From Arcobacteraceae bacterium (GTDB taxonomy: Bacteria; Campylobacterota; Campylobacteria; Campylobacterales; Arcobacteraceae), in the NCBI GenBank assembly GCA_965224485.1, contig CBDCZH010000023.1, positions 32,001-96,000 of the forward strand: a DNA stretch of 64,000 nucleotides. The letters run 5' to 3'. Positions 21,298 through 31,700 of the stretch are shown piece by piece. A program made the position numbers and the translations under genes. Under the pieces are notes generated by a model. That model was given only the letters and a program-made list of their open reading frames with translations, ran no database searches and was not told the origin of the DNA. The number at the start of each line of letters is the position of its first letter. Positions within the stretch are counted from its first letter, which is position 1.

Positions 21298-22212
21298 CTA
21301 ATCTTTCTTTTTTTGTTCTAAACAGTAATTTATAGCAACACCTTCTTTTAAACCATCATCAAAAACTAAAGATTCATCTTTTTGCAGTACTTCAAAAAAA
21401 CTTTTGTAAATATATGTTCCAATTTCAACAAATTCAACTCTTCCTTGTCCCACAAGTTTAATAATATCTTCTTTTGAAGAGTTTTTAAAAATATTTAAAC
21501 AAGTTTTTAAATCTTCTAAGTTTACATACGTTCCATTTATTTTATTCTTATCATATGAAAAATAATCTTCGCCATTTTTAATAGCAGCAATAGTTGTAGG
21601 AGTTCCAGCAGTTGCTATGAAAACATAATCTTTTGTATTAATATTATGTTTATTTAAAAATACTTTTACTTCATCTTTTTTATTATCTAAATAGATTTCT
21701 AAATCTTTAAAAGAAAGATTCTTTTGTGTTAAAGTTACAATTCCTAGGTTAAAACTATGTGAAAAATTTTCTTTTTCATTAGATATAATTAGCTCAGTTG
21801 AACCCCCACCAATATCTAAAACAATAAAATTCTTTTTAAGTATTTTTTCTCTTTTTAAAGCATATTTAACAGCTAAAAGAGTAAGTCTAGCTTCTTCTAG
21901 TCCTGATATAATTGTAAAACTAAGACCTATTGTTTTTTTAAAATTTTGCAGAACTTCTTTAGAATTTATAGCTAATCTCATAGCAGCAGTAGTAACACAA
22001 ATTGCAAGTGTAGGATTATAAGAAAGTTCTTTTATTGAGTTTTGGACAGCTTTTATTACTCTATCTTGAGCTTGTGAAGATATACATTTTGTTTCATTTA
22101 AACCATCAGCCATACCAACAATTTCATGATAAACATTTATGATTTTATGATTTTGGCAATCATATATTAAGACTCTAAAAGAATTAGAGCCTAAGTCTAT
22201 TGTACATATCAT
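21298..22212 (-). CDS. ppx: Ppx/GppA family phosphatase
   Basis: IDLGSNS, IISGLEEARL, DIGGGSTE and GLKEG motifs. Confidence 0.9.
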   Translation of the reverse strand: MICTIDLGSNSFRVLIYDCQNHKIINVYHEIVGMADGLNETKCISSQAQDRVIKAVQNSIKELSYNPTLAICVTTAAMRLAINSKEVLQNFKKTIGLSFTIISGLEEARLTLLAVKYALKREKILKKNFIVLDIGGGSTELIISNEKENFSHSFNLGIVTLTQKNLSFKDLEIYLDNKKDEVKVFLNKHNINTKDYVFIATAGTPTTIAAIKNGEDYFSYDKNKINGTYVNLEDLKTCLNIFKNSSKEDIIKLVGQGRVEFVEIGTYIYKSFFEVLQKDESLVFDDGLKEGVAINYCLEQKKKD

Positions 22213-22770
22213 CTAAGGATGCGGTATTTTGATTTTAGAGTTTAATAAATAAGCTATTATTATCATTAAGATTAAAACTATTGTTTCACTTAAAAAACCA
22301 GCCAAGAATACTAAATAAACAAGCCATAATAAAATAGCACCTAAGGGAGTAGGAACTCCTGTAAAAAATTTCTCAACTTCACCTTGCGTAGAATCAATAT
22401 TAAACTGAATTAATCTTCGCAAGCCTGAAATTATATAATATACAAAAGCAAATAAAACCAAAACAGCTGATATTTCGAACTCTTTACCATCAATAATAGC
22501 AAAATATATGAACATACAAGGAACTATTACAAAAGATAAAAAATCTGCAAAAGAATCAAGTTGTACTCCAAATTCTGTTGAAAGATTATACTTTCTTGCT
22601 ATTTTTCCATCAACTATATCAAAAGCTCCACCTATCCAAGCAAATAAAGCTGCTCCAAAAAACTCTCCATGAGTTATAAAATATATTGCTAAAACACCTG
22701 CTGCTATATTAAAAAATGTAGCAAGATTTGCTAAATTGAAATGACTATTCTTATTAAATAAAAAACCCAA
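22213..22770 (-). CDS. pssA: CDP-alcohol phosphatidyltransferase (phosphatidylserine synthase-like)
   Basis: DIVDGKIARK...FGVQLDSFADF signature; FTGVPTP. Confidence 0.85.
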   Translation of the reverse strand: MGFLFNKNSHFNLANLATFFNIAAGVLAIYFITHGEFFGAALFAWIGGAFDIVDGKIARKYNLSTEFGVQLDSFADFLSFVIVPCMFIYFAIIDGKEFEISAVLVLFAFVYYIISGLRRLIQFNIDSTQGEVEKFFTGVPTPLGAILLWLVYLVFLAGFLSETIVLILMIIIAYLLNSKIKIPHP

Positions 22771-22779
22771 AATTATCCT

Positions 22780-23877
22780 TTAAAATGTATATTGATTTCT
22801 ACCATTATTCTTTGATGTATATAAGTGTTCATCAGCACTTTTGTATAATCTATTAGGCGAAATATCACTATTTGGTGAATAAATAACAGCTCCCATAGAA
22901 ACTGTTAATATATTTTTTACCTTTGAACCTTTATGCTCAATATTTAGATTCATAATTTTTTGTTTAATATCTTCTAAACATTGTTGTAAAATTATTTCAT
23001 CAACATCAAATAAAATAGCTCCAAACTCTTCTCCACCTAATCTAAATACATACTCATGTTCTTTATTAAAATACTTCTTAAGCTCCAACGCAACTGCTTT
23101 TAAAGCAACATCACCCATATCATGACCGTAAGTATCATTATACTGTTTAAAATAATCAATATCAAACATTATAAAAGCACTTTCCCAAGAATTTGAATTA
23201 GAAATTTTTGGTAAGTTATCAAAAATAGTATCAAAATGATTTCTATTGTACAGCATTGTCATGGAATCTATTATTGCAGCCATTTTATATTTTTTATTTA
23301 AAACCACCAGTTGACTATCTTTTTTTATAATTAAGTAAATTATATACATAATTATTGAAAAACAAAATAAAGCAATTAAAACCATATTATAAAACAGATA
23401 TTCTTTCATCTCTTTATATTCAAGTAAAAAACTTTTTCGCTGTTTTGCAGCTTCTTTTATCTCATATGAAATTAAAAAATTTATTTTTGTTATCATTATA
23501 TTAAATTTAATAATATTATTACCCAAAAAAGAACTTTTTAAATCTTTTGAAATTTTAGAGATTACTACTTCTTCATGAACTGTTTTATAGGCTTTAGCAT
23601 ATAATTTCCATTTTTGTTTTATAGTTCTTTTATATTTTGTAATTGAACATTTTGATTTTTTAGTTTTTATACAAAAAATCACATCTTTATAATTTGTTAC
23701 AATTTTTTGAAGATTAAGTACTGGTACAAAATTACCAAAATAGATATTATCTATTTGTTTTTTTAATTTATCAATTTGTGTATTAAAAATAAAACTAGCA
23801 GAAAACAGAGCTAACATTATTGTTATTAAAAGCACAATGAATTTAAAACTAACTGACTTTATAAAATCTTTTTTCAT
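22780..23877 (-). CDS. Membrane-bound diguanylate cyclase
   Basis: Two TM helices around a sensor region; DIDYFKQYNDTYGH and RLGGEEF motifs. Confidence 0.9.
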   Translation of the reverse strand: MKKDFIKSVSFKFIVLLITIMLALFSASFIFNTQIDKLKKQIDNIYFGNFVPVLNLQKIVTNYKDVIFCIKTKKSKCSITKYKRTIKQKWKLYAKAYKTVHEEVVISKISKDLKSSFLGNNIIKFNIMITKINFLISYEIKEAAKQRKSFLLEYKEMKEYLFYNMVLIALFCFSIIMYIIYLIIKKDSQLVVLNKKYKMAAIIDSMTMLYNRNHFDTIFDNLPKISNSNSWESAFIMFDIDYFKQYNDTYGHDMGDVALKAVALELKKYFNKEHEYVFRLGGEEFGAILFDVDEIILQQCLEDIKQKIMNLNIEHKGSKVKNILTVSMGAVIYSPNSDISPNRLYKSADEHLYTSKNNGRNQYTF

Positions 23878-24013
23878 AAAATTATTATAACAAAATATAG
23901 TTAAAGTAAAGAGTAGAAAATACAATATTAGCTCTTCTTTTTTTCTTTATCAAAGCTTAAATAAGTTTTAGATAAAATCGCGAATTATAAGTAATTATTA
24001 TTAAGGATTATAT

Positions 24014-25558
24014 TTGTTAAATATAAAAGATACATTTATAGGTAAATCTGCTAAAAGTGATATTTTATCAGGTGTTGTTGTTGCAATTGCCTTAGTCCCA
24101 GAAGCTATTGCTTTTTCTATTATTGCAGGAGTTTCACCTTTAGTTGGTTTATACACTGCTTTTATTTTAGGATTAATAACAGCTCTTATTGGTGGAAAAG
24201 CAGGAATGATTTCAGGAGCAACGGGTGCTGTTGCTGTTGTTTTAATTGGGCTTGGAGTTAAAGTAAAAGAAGCCTTACCTCAAGAAATATTAAACTCACT
24301 AAGTTCTAGTGGGGAGCTTTCATCATATATTTTACAATATATTTTATTAGCAACTATAATAGCTGGAATCATACAAATTCTAATAGGTATATTTAAACTA
24401 GGAAAACTAATAAGACTAGTTCCCCAACCTGCTATGTATGGCTTTGTAAATGGTCTTGCTATTGTTATTGCTATGGCTCAAATACCTTTATTTAAAGGTG
24501 AGAGTTATATTATGTATGCTTTAGTGCTTGCAACTATGATTTTAGTTAAGTATTTTCCTAAAATATCATCTGCTATTCCTTCAGGATTGGTTGCTATTAT
24601 AGTAGTTTCTCTAGTAGTTATAACTTTTGATTTAGATACAAAAAGAGTTGGAGATTTAGCTGATATTTCTGGAAATCTTCCGGTTTTTGCACTTCCAACT
24701 CTTCATATTACTTTTGACTCTTTATTAACAGTACTTCCTTACTCTATTTTAGTAGCCCTTGTTGGTTTAATAGAATCACTCTTAACTCTTTCTGTTTTAG
24801 ATGAAATGGGTGGAAAAAGAGGAAGTGGAAACCAAGAGTGTATAGCTCAAGGAATTGGAAACGTTACTTGTGGTTTCTTTGGAGGAATGGCTGGTTGTGC
24901 TATGATTGGACAAAGTATTATTAACTTTACAAATAATGGTTGGGGACGATTATCAGCTCTTACTGCTGCCCTTTTACTTATATCTTTTGTAGTATCTTTA
25001 TCTTCTTATATTGCTATGATTCCTGTTGCTGTTTTAGTTGGTATTATGTTTATGGTGTCAATTGGAACATTTGAGTGGGAGAGTGGAAATAGAATTAGAT
25101 ACATGCCAAATCATGATAAGTTTGTTCTAATTACTGTTACTATTATTACTATTTATGCAGATCTTGCAATTGCTGTAATAACAGGAATTATAATATCAGC
25201 CTTAGTTTTTGCTTGGAATCATTCAAAAGTTCGTTCAAGAACATATAATGATGATGATGGTAAAAAAATATATGAATTCGATGGTCCTTTATTTTTTGGT
25301 TCAACTACCTCATTTTTTGAACTCTTTGATTTTAAACATGACCCAGAGTTTGTTATATTAGACTTTAAAGATGCAAGAGTTATGGATATTTCTGGTGTTG
25401 AAGCTATTGATAATATTACTAAAAAATATGCAGAAGCTGGAAAGAAACTAAGTATTAGGCACTTAAGCGAAGATTGTAAAAAGATTTTAAAAAGTGCTGG
25501 GCCTTTTTGTTCTTATGAAGAAGATGATCCAAAATATAAAGTAGCAATTGACTACTAA
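24014..25558 (+). CDS. SulP family inorganic anion transporter with STAS domain
   Basis: ALVPEAIAF, GCAMIGQS, GPLFFGS and STAS MDISG motifs. Confidence 0.93.
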   Translation: MLNIKDTFIGKSAKSDILSGVVVAIALVPEAIAFSIIAGVSPLVGLYTAFILGLITALIGGKAGMISGATGAVAVVLIGLGVKVKEALPQEILNSLSSSGELSSYILQYILLATIIAGIIQILIGIFKLGKLIRLVPQPAMYGFVNGLAIVIAMAQIPLFKGESYIMYALVLATMILVKYFPKISSAIPSGLVAIIVVSLVVITFDLDTKRVGDLADISGNLPVFALPTLHITFDSLLTVLPYSILVALVGLIESLLTLSVLDEMGGKRGSGNQECIAQGIGNVTCGFFGGMAGCAMIGQSIINFTNNGWGRLSALTAALLLISFVVSLSSYIAMIPVAVLVGIMFMVSIGTFEWESGNRIRYMPNHDKFVLITVTIITIYADLAIAVITGIIISALVFAWNHSKVRSRTYNDDDGKKIYEFDGPLFFGSTTSFFELFDFKHDPEFVILDFKDARVMDISGVEAIDNITKKYAEAGKKLSIRHLSEDCKKILKSAGPFCSYEEDDPKYKVAIDY

Positions 25559-25572
25559 AAATATATAAAGAA

Positions 25573-25611
25573 TTTAGGTTTTTATCTCTATCTTAGAGAT
25601 AAAAACCTAAA
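25573..25611. terminator. Long hairpin between convergent genes
   Basis: Perfect 18-bp inverted repeat TTTAGGTTTTTATCTCTA-tct-TAGAGATAAAAACCTAAA. Confidence 0.65.
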
Positions 25612-25961
25612 GAAATAGTTCCTATAAGTAAAAAAAACACTAAAAATCTAAAAAAAATCCTAAAAAATACATTCTTATATTTTTTCATAAAAAAAGGGCA
25701 GTAAAAAAAAGCTAAAATCAAAGATATTGCAAAAATAGCTTTAAGTATCAATAAAAAAGAAATTTTAGAATTTATAAAAAGATACGCTCCACTTATAAAA
25801 AGAAGAAAACAAAGAATCAACATTGGTTTTAAAATATATTTGTATAAAATATCTGCCCTACTTTTACTTAAGAAAAATCTAATATAAAATCTATCAATAA
25901 GAATATAAAAGAAAAATATAAATGCAGAAAAAAGATGTAGGTATAAAATAGATATGTACAT
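25593..25961 (-). CDS. Small four-helix membrane protein (CopD-like pattern)
   Basis: Hydrophobic throughout; LHLFSAFIF, ISGAYL and LILKA patterns. Confidence 0.55.
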   Translation of the reverse strand: MYISILYLHLFSAFIFFFYILIDRFYIRFFLSKSRADILYKYILKPMLILCFLLFISGAYLFINSKISFLLILKAIFAISLILAFFYCPFFMKKYKNVFFRIFFRFLVFFLLIGTISLGFYL

Positions 25962-26110
25962 AGTTTCATACTAGTTAAAAAAGTGTTAAAGAGAAATTAA
26001 AATAAAGTTTTAAAAAATCTTTAGAAGTACTATTATATTAGAGTAAAAGTTTTATTTACAATTTTTTAATATTATAATATACTTATCTTAATATATAAAA
26101 AGGAGTACTT

Positions 26111-26353
26111 ATGCAAATCTCTTCTGTAAATCAAAATATAATTGCTATGCAACAAGCGCAAACACAAATGAATGATTTTGCTAAAGATATTGCAAGTCTT
26201 ACCAAAGCGCCAAAACAAAATCAAGAAGTAACACAAGACTTACTTGATGCAATTGTAAATCAAATACCTACACAAATAGCATATGAAGCAAATGCTGGAG
26301 TTATTAGTACTCAAAATGCAGTACAAGACTCTTTACTTAATATTAAAGCCTAA
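26111..26353 (+). CDS. Small protein with flagellar rod/hook C-terminal (D0-like) motif
   Basis: AGGAG RBS; C-terminus AYEANAGVISTQNAVQDSLLNIKA resembles FlgC/FlgE/FlgG ends. Confidence 0.7.
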   Translation: MQISSVNQNIIAMQQAQTQMNDFAKDIASLTKAPKQNQEVTQDLLDAIVNQIPTQIAYEANAGVISTQNAVQDSLLNIKA

Positions 26354-26363
26354 AAGGATTTTT

Positions 26364-26795
26364 ATGGAAAAATTAAATATAGTATGTCCAAGTTGCCAAA
26401 AAATAAATAAAATTCCAAAAAAAGAGTCTTATAAAAAAGCAAACTGTGGAGAGTGCAAAAGTTCACTCTTAGATACAAATCCTATTAATTTAAATGAAAA
26501 TAACTTTGATCATGTACTAGTAAATTCAGACCTTTTAGTAATTGTTGATTTTTGGGCACCTTGGTGTGGTCCATGTAAGGTTATGGGTCCTAATTTTAAA
26601 GAAGTGGCATTAAAGTACCCCTTAAAAGCACTTTTTACAAAGGTAAATACACAAGATGAGCAGAACTTAGGTGCAAAATATAATATAAAATCTATTCCAA
26701 CTTTAGTTCTTTATAAAAATGGCCAAGAAGTAAAAAGAGTAAGTGGAGTATTAAACCCAAACGAACTATCCCTATTAGTAAAAGAGTTTATTTAA
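26364..26795 (+). CDS. trxC: Thioredoxin TrxC
   Basis: N-terminal CPSC/CGEC zinc motifs plus WCGPC; AAGGA RBS before ATG 26364. Confidence 0.93.
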   Translation: MEKLNIVCPSCQKINKIPKKESYKKANCGECKSSLLDTNPINLNENNFDHVLVNSDLLVIVDFWAPWCGPCKVMGPNFKEVALKYPLKALFTKVNTQDEQNLGAKYNIKSIPTLVLYKNGQEVKRVSGVLNPNELSLLVKEFI

Positions 26796-26888
26796 GTTCC
26801 CCCTGTGAACAAAAACTCTTACTAACAAAAAAACCTACAAGATAAAACCTACTAACCTACAAACTTAAAAACTTAAAAAACTACCAAC

Positions 26889-27329
26889 TTAAAAAAGTTC
26901 CTCAATCAAAAGCTCCAGTTCTAACTCATTAAAAACTTTAATACCGTTTTGTATTAAAAGTTTAGCACAAATACCAGAACCATTTATTAAGGTATTAGTA
27001 AAATTTCCATCATAAATTTTTATATTTCCACAAGATGGAGATTTTGCTTTTAATAAAGCAAGAGAAATATTATTCTTTTTACACAAATGTAAAGCATTTA
27101 AAGCACCTTTTTCAAACTCTTTTGTAAGATCAAGTCCATTTTTACTTAGAACCTTAGTTCCTTTTATTTCAGCAGGGTCTCTTGGTGTTAAAAGTCCACC
27201 TTCTATTTCAGGACAGAAGGCAAAAACTTCATGATTTTGTAATATTACATCTAAACTATCTACTTTATTAGAAGAAGCATCATATCTTACGTTTTGCCCT
27301 AAAAGACATGATGATACTAATATTTTCAT
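26889..27329 (-). CDS. DUF523 / TudS-like 2-thiouracil desulfidase family protein
   Basis: SSCLLG, FCPE and KSPSCG Cys motifs. Confidence 0.88.
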   Translation of the reverse strand: MKILVSSCLLGQNVRYDASSNKVDSLDVILQNHEVFAFCPEIEGGLLTPRDPAEIKGTKVLSKNGLDLTKEFEKGALNALHLCKKNNISLALLKAKSPSCGNIKIYDGNFTNTLINGSGICAKLLIQNGIKVFNELELELLIEELF

Positions 27330-28082
27330 TTAATCTAATAATTCTTTATCAAAAAAAGTTGATGTTTGAATATTTTTAAAAGCAGTTCTCATAGAAACAA
27401 ACATTTGAGGATTATCTTCTTCCATTTTAGCTAATAATTCTTTTGTTTTTTGTCTTGCGTGTGGCATTTTAACATCAAATCTCATAGCAGGACAGGCTTC
27501 ATCACCAATAACCATAATATCATTACTTGTAGCAAAAGCACGAAGCTGTCTCTCTCTACAAAAAATCAAAGGTCTTATAACTTCTAAACCATTTTGTGCC
27601 TTATAAGAAGGTGGCATAGAACGCATAGCTCCATTGTATAAAAAGTTCATAAAAAATGACTCAACGGCATCATCTAAGTGATGACCAAGAGCTAATTTAT
27701 TGTAACCTTGTTCAATTGCAGTAGAGTATAAGTACCCTCTTCTCATTCTTGAGAAAAATGAACAAAAAGATGAGTTTTTTCTAATTTTTTCACCTGCTAG
27801 TTCATATATTTTGGTATCAACAATTTCATGCTCAATACCGTGCTTAGCACAATGTTTGGCTAAAAATTCAACTTGTTCACCCATTCCATATGTAACAGTA
27901 ACAGCTTTAAATTCAAATTTAAAAGGAGTTACTCTTTTTAAATGATTTAAAGCATGTAACAAAGTAGTTGAGTCTTTTCCACCTGAAAAACCAACTAATA
28001 CCTTATCACCTTCGCTAATTAGTCCATATTGTGCATTTGTTCTTCCAACTACACTAGATATTTTTTTGCTTAAGTTTATCAA
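27330..28082 (-). CDS. ttcA: TtcA-family tRNA thiolation PP-loop ATPase
   Basis: SGGKDS PP-loop, CSFFSRMRRG, ALGHHLDD and VIRPL motifs. Confidence 0.82.
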   Translation of the reverse strand: MINLSKKISSVVGRTNAQYGLISEGDKVLVGFSGGKDSTTLLHALNHLKRVTPFKFEFKAVTVTYGMGEQVEFLAKHCAKHGIEHEIVDTKIYELAGEKIRKNSSFCSFFSRMRRGYLYSTAIEQGYNKLALGHHLDDAVESFFMNFLYNGAMRSMPPSYKAQNGLEVIRPLIFCRERQLRAFATSNDIMVIGDEACPAMRFDVKMPHARQKTKELLAKMEEDNPQMFVSMRTAFKNIQTSTFFDKELLD

Positions 28083-28318
28083 TTTAAATATATCCTATTT
28101 TTTTCGCGATTATAACATAAATTAACACTTAGTAAACAAAAAGATAAAATATTAATAAAGAAAAAAGCTTTTCTTCTATGCTTAGGTACAGAAGATTATT
28201 CACTAATTCAAGTAAGTGCTAGTTATTTTTAAAATAAATATTAAAAGAGATATTTTTTTATCTTTTATTTATTAAAATATTATATACTTGCACTTAAATA
28301 CTAATAAAAAGAATAAAA

Positions 28319-28507
28319 ATGACAACAGAAGAAATAACTAGTTTTACAGAAGAAATAAAAAAAACTATTCTGCCTCATGCCAAAAACATGAAAGACATAC
28401 AAATTAAAGATATTATTACTTTAGTAGAAGAACAGAATAAAGATTTGCCTGAAGGTTTTGGAAATATGTTATTTGAAGAAATACTAATACTTAAATATAA
28501 GGTTTAA
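28319..28507 (+). CDS. Small hypothetical protein
   Basis: 62-aa ORF with plausible composition in an otherwise empty intergenic region. Confidence 0.55.
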   Translation: MTTEEITSFTEEIKKTILPHAKNMKDIQIKDIITLVEEQNKDLPEGFGNMLFEEILILKYKV

Positions 28508-28588
28508 ATTTTTTTTAATCTTAAATTAAACTAAAATTTTTATGCAATGTTAAATAAACAAAATATACCTTACATCTACAATTACAAC

Positions 28589-28613
28589 TAATCCCCTATT
28601 TTAAAGGGGATTA
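28589..28613 (-). terminator. Probable terminator downstream of putA
   Basis: Inverted repeat TAATCCCCT...AGGGGATTA. Confidence 0.55.
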
Positions 28614-28734
28614 ATTTCACGTTATTTTAAAATTCATCCGGATATTTTTTGTCAGATCTTTTATATTTAATATATAAAAAAACTATTGCAATAAGAGAAA
28701 TGATTACAAATACATTAAAAAAATCTAAAGGCAT

Positions 28735-31700
28735 CTATTCTATTCCTCTTGCACCAATATTCCCATATCTATGATATGAGTGTGAAATAGATTGCTCAAT
28801 GAAATAATTCAATAATTCAATTCTACCTTCCATCATAGCTTCCATTCTAGTAATAAAAAGACTAAGTTTGTTAGCTTCTTTAAATACTAAAGAAGGAACT
28901 TTATTTATATTAGAATAAATTATTCTGTCATATGATTTAAAATATTTTACAAAATCTTCATCTTTTTCTTCTTTAAAACTATCTTTTGAAGTAAATAACT
29001 CAGGTGAACTAGCTAAAAGTTCTTTTATTGCATCATTATTATCAATTGAAACTTTAAAGTTAACCTTAGCAACTCTTGAAGCTAAAATTCTTGCTAATAC
29101 TTCAAAAATACTATCATCAGAACTTACTCTAATAAGTACTTTTTGCAAAGCATGGTATCTAAAGTGATTATCTTCACCTCTAACATTAGAATAATCTTTT
29201 TCTTTTAAGAACTCATTTTCATAATTTTCAATATATGATTGTAAAGCAATTTCTAGTTTTTCAAAATCTTCTTTATTATTAGAAATAACCTTACATCTTG
29301 AGATAAATGATGTTAATTCACTTGTATACTCTTTTTGAACCTTAGGATGTTTAACTTCTTTAAAATTAACAAATTGAGTAATATAATTAAATATTCCAAC
29401 TTTTCTTCCAGCTCCTATTGCTGATTTTCCCATTCCACCAAAAGGTTGTCTTAGAACAACAGCACCAGTTGTTCCTCTATTAACATATAGATTTCCAGCC
29501 TTAAGATGTTCTTTCCAATAAGTAACTTCTCTTTCATCTAAAGACTCAATTCCAGAAGTTAAACCATAACCAGTAGAATTAACAATATCAACAGCATCTT
29601 TTAAAGTACTAGCTCTCATAACAGATAAAACTGGTCCAAAAAGTTCATTTTTATGACAAAAACTACCTACTTGTACACCCCATTTAATAGCTGGTTTTAA
29701 CATATATTCGTTATTGTCTACATAAGCAGGTGCTAAAGCCCAAGATTCACCTCTTTCAAGAGTATCTATAGCTTGTTTAAGATTTCCACTAACCTTATTA
29801 GCTAAAGTTCCAATTTTATTTTTAAAATCCCAAACAGAACCAACACTCATAGAATTTGCAGTATCAATTAAAGCTTTTTTGAAATTTGCATCATTATAAA
29901 CTTCATCTTCTAGAACTAATAAAGATGTAGCAGAACATTTTTGACCTGAATTTGAAAAAGCACTTAAACAAACATTTTTAACAGCCTGTTCTCTATCCGC
30001 CATATTTGTTACAATTGTTGCATCTTTTCCACCAGTTTCAGCAGTTAAATATAAGTCTTCTCTTGCATTTAACATAGCATGAGCAGTATCTTCTCCACCT
30101 GTTAAAATTACAAAATCAATATCTTTATTTTTAATTAAATGCTCTCCAGCTAAAGCACCAGGGCAAGCTAAGAATTGTAAAGTATTTTTTGAAACTCCTG
30201 CATCCCAAAAACACTTGCACATTTCATATGAACATAAAGCAGCATCTGAAGCTGGTTTAATAATAACAGTATTTCCAGCAGCTAAAGCAGCAGCTATTCC
30301 ACCTAAAGATATAGCAATTGGGAAATTCCAAGGAGGAATAATAACACCAACACCACGTCCAGAAAATTCTAAGTTTTCATATTTTTTGAAATAATTTATA
30401 CTATAAGGATAAAATTCTAAGAAATCAACACTCTCAGATACTTCTACATCAGTCTCAGAAAACACTTTTCCAACTTCAGCAGCAGCCACTCCAATTAAAT
30501 CATCTCGTCTTTCACGCACTTTAATTGCAACTTGTTTTAATACTTCATGTCTTTGATTATGTGTTTTATCTCTCCAGCCATCAATATCTTCTCTTGCAAC
30601 TTCTACTGCTTTTTTAATATCAGCCTCATTAGCATTTGCAAATCTTCCTGCTAAAACACCATCTTTTAACTGAGATTTATCAATAGCATCTTTTATAATT
30701 CTATTTTCAATTATATCAATACCAGCAACAACTACAGGAGCAATACTATGAACAGTATTTTTATCAAACTTCCATTTTTTAACAATATTTTTTGCCCACT
30801 GTTTATTTTCATCTAAAATAAAATCAGTATCAGCTTCAGCATGATAAATACCAGTATCAAAAGCAGAATTTGAAAATTCATTCCATTTTTCATCTAGTCT
30901 ATTTTGTACTCTCTTAACTCCAACAAAAGATTTTTCTTCATTTTTAAAAGAGTCTTCAAAAATATCTTTTTGCATATTCCAGTTTTTTGAACCAACAGTT
31001 AAACCAAATGAATATCTAATAAAGTTACTAGGACCAGTATTTTCATCTAATCTTCTAACTAAATAAGCAATTGCATTTGTAAACTGTTCTTTTGAAGCAG
31101 TTGGTGCATATAAGATAACTTCTTTTGAAATTTCTTTAATAGCTAGTCTTGCAGATTCACTCATACCTTCTAACATTTCTAAAGTATGGTATTGCCCTAC
31201 TTCATTGATATTTGCCAAAGTTGTAGCATAAGCTAGTTCAAATAAGTTATGAGAAGCAGTTCCTAGGTGTAAATATGGAGCATTTTCTTTATCTAATGCA
31301 TATCTAACCATTCTTTTATAATTTGAATCAGTATCTAGTTTTTTAGTATAAGTTACCATTTCCCAATGTTTTTGAGAAGCTTCTGTTTCTTCCATTTCCA
31401 TGTTAGCACCTTTTACAAGTCTAACTTTAATAGCTTTTCCACCATCTTGTACTCTTTGTTTAACCCAAGAAGTTAACTCTTTTTGCCAAAGAAATGAATC
31501 TGGTAAATATGCTTGAAGTACAATTCCAGCATATAAATCTTTAAACTCTTCTTTTTGCAAAGTTCTTTTAAATACTTCAACTGTAATTGCTAAGTCTCTA
31601 TACTCTTCCATATCAAGATTTATAAACTTATATTCATCTTTTCCATCTTGATTTTTAAAAGTATATTTTTTAGCCTGTGCATAAATTTTTGAAAGTTTCT

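Noticed and set aside
26283..26363. Longer trxC start at 26283 (similarly cheR 2903, lpxD 18174 and DGC 23925)
   Set aside because: These overlap upstream genes or promoters; downstream starts have a better RBS or family-typical N-termini
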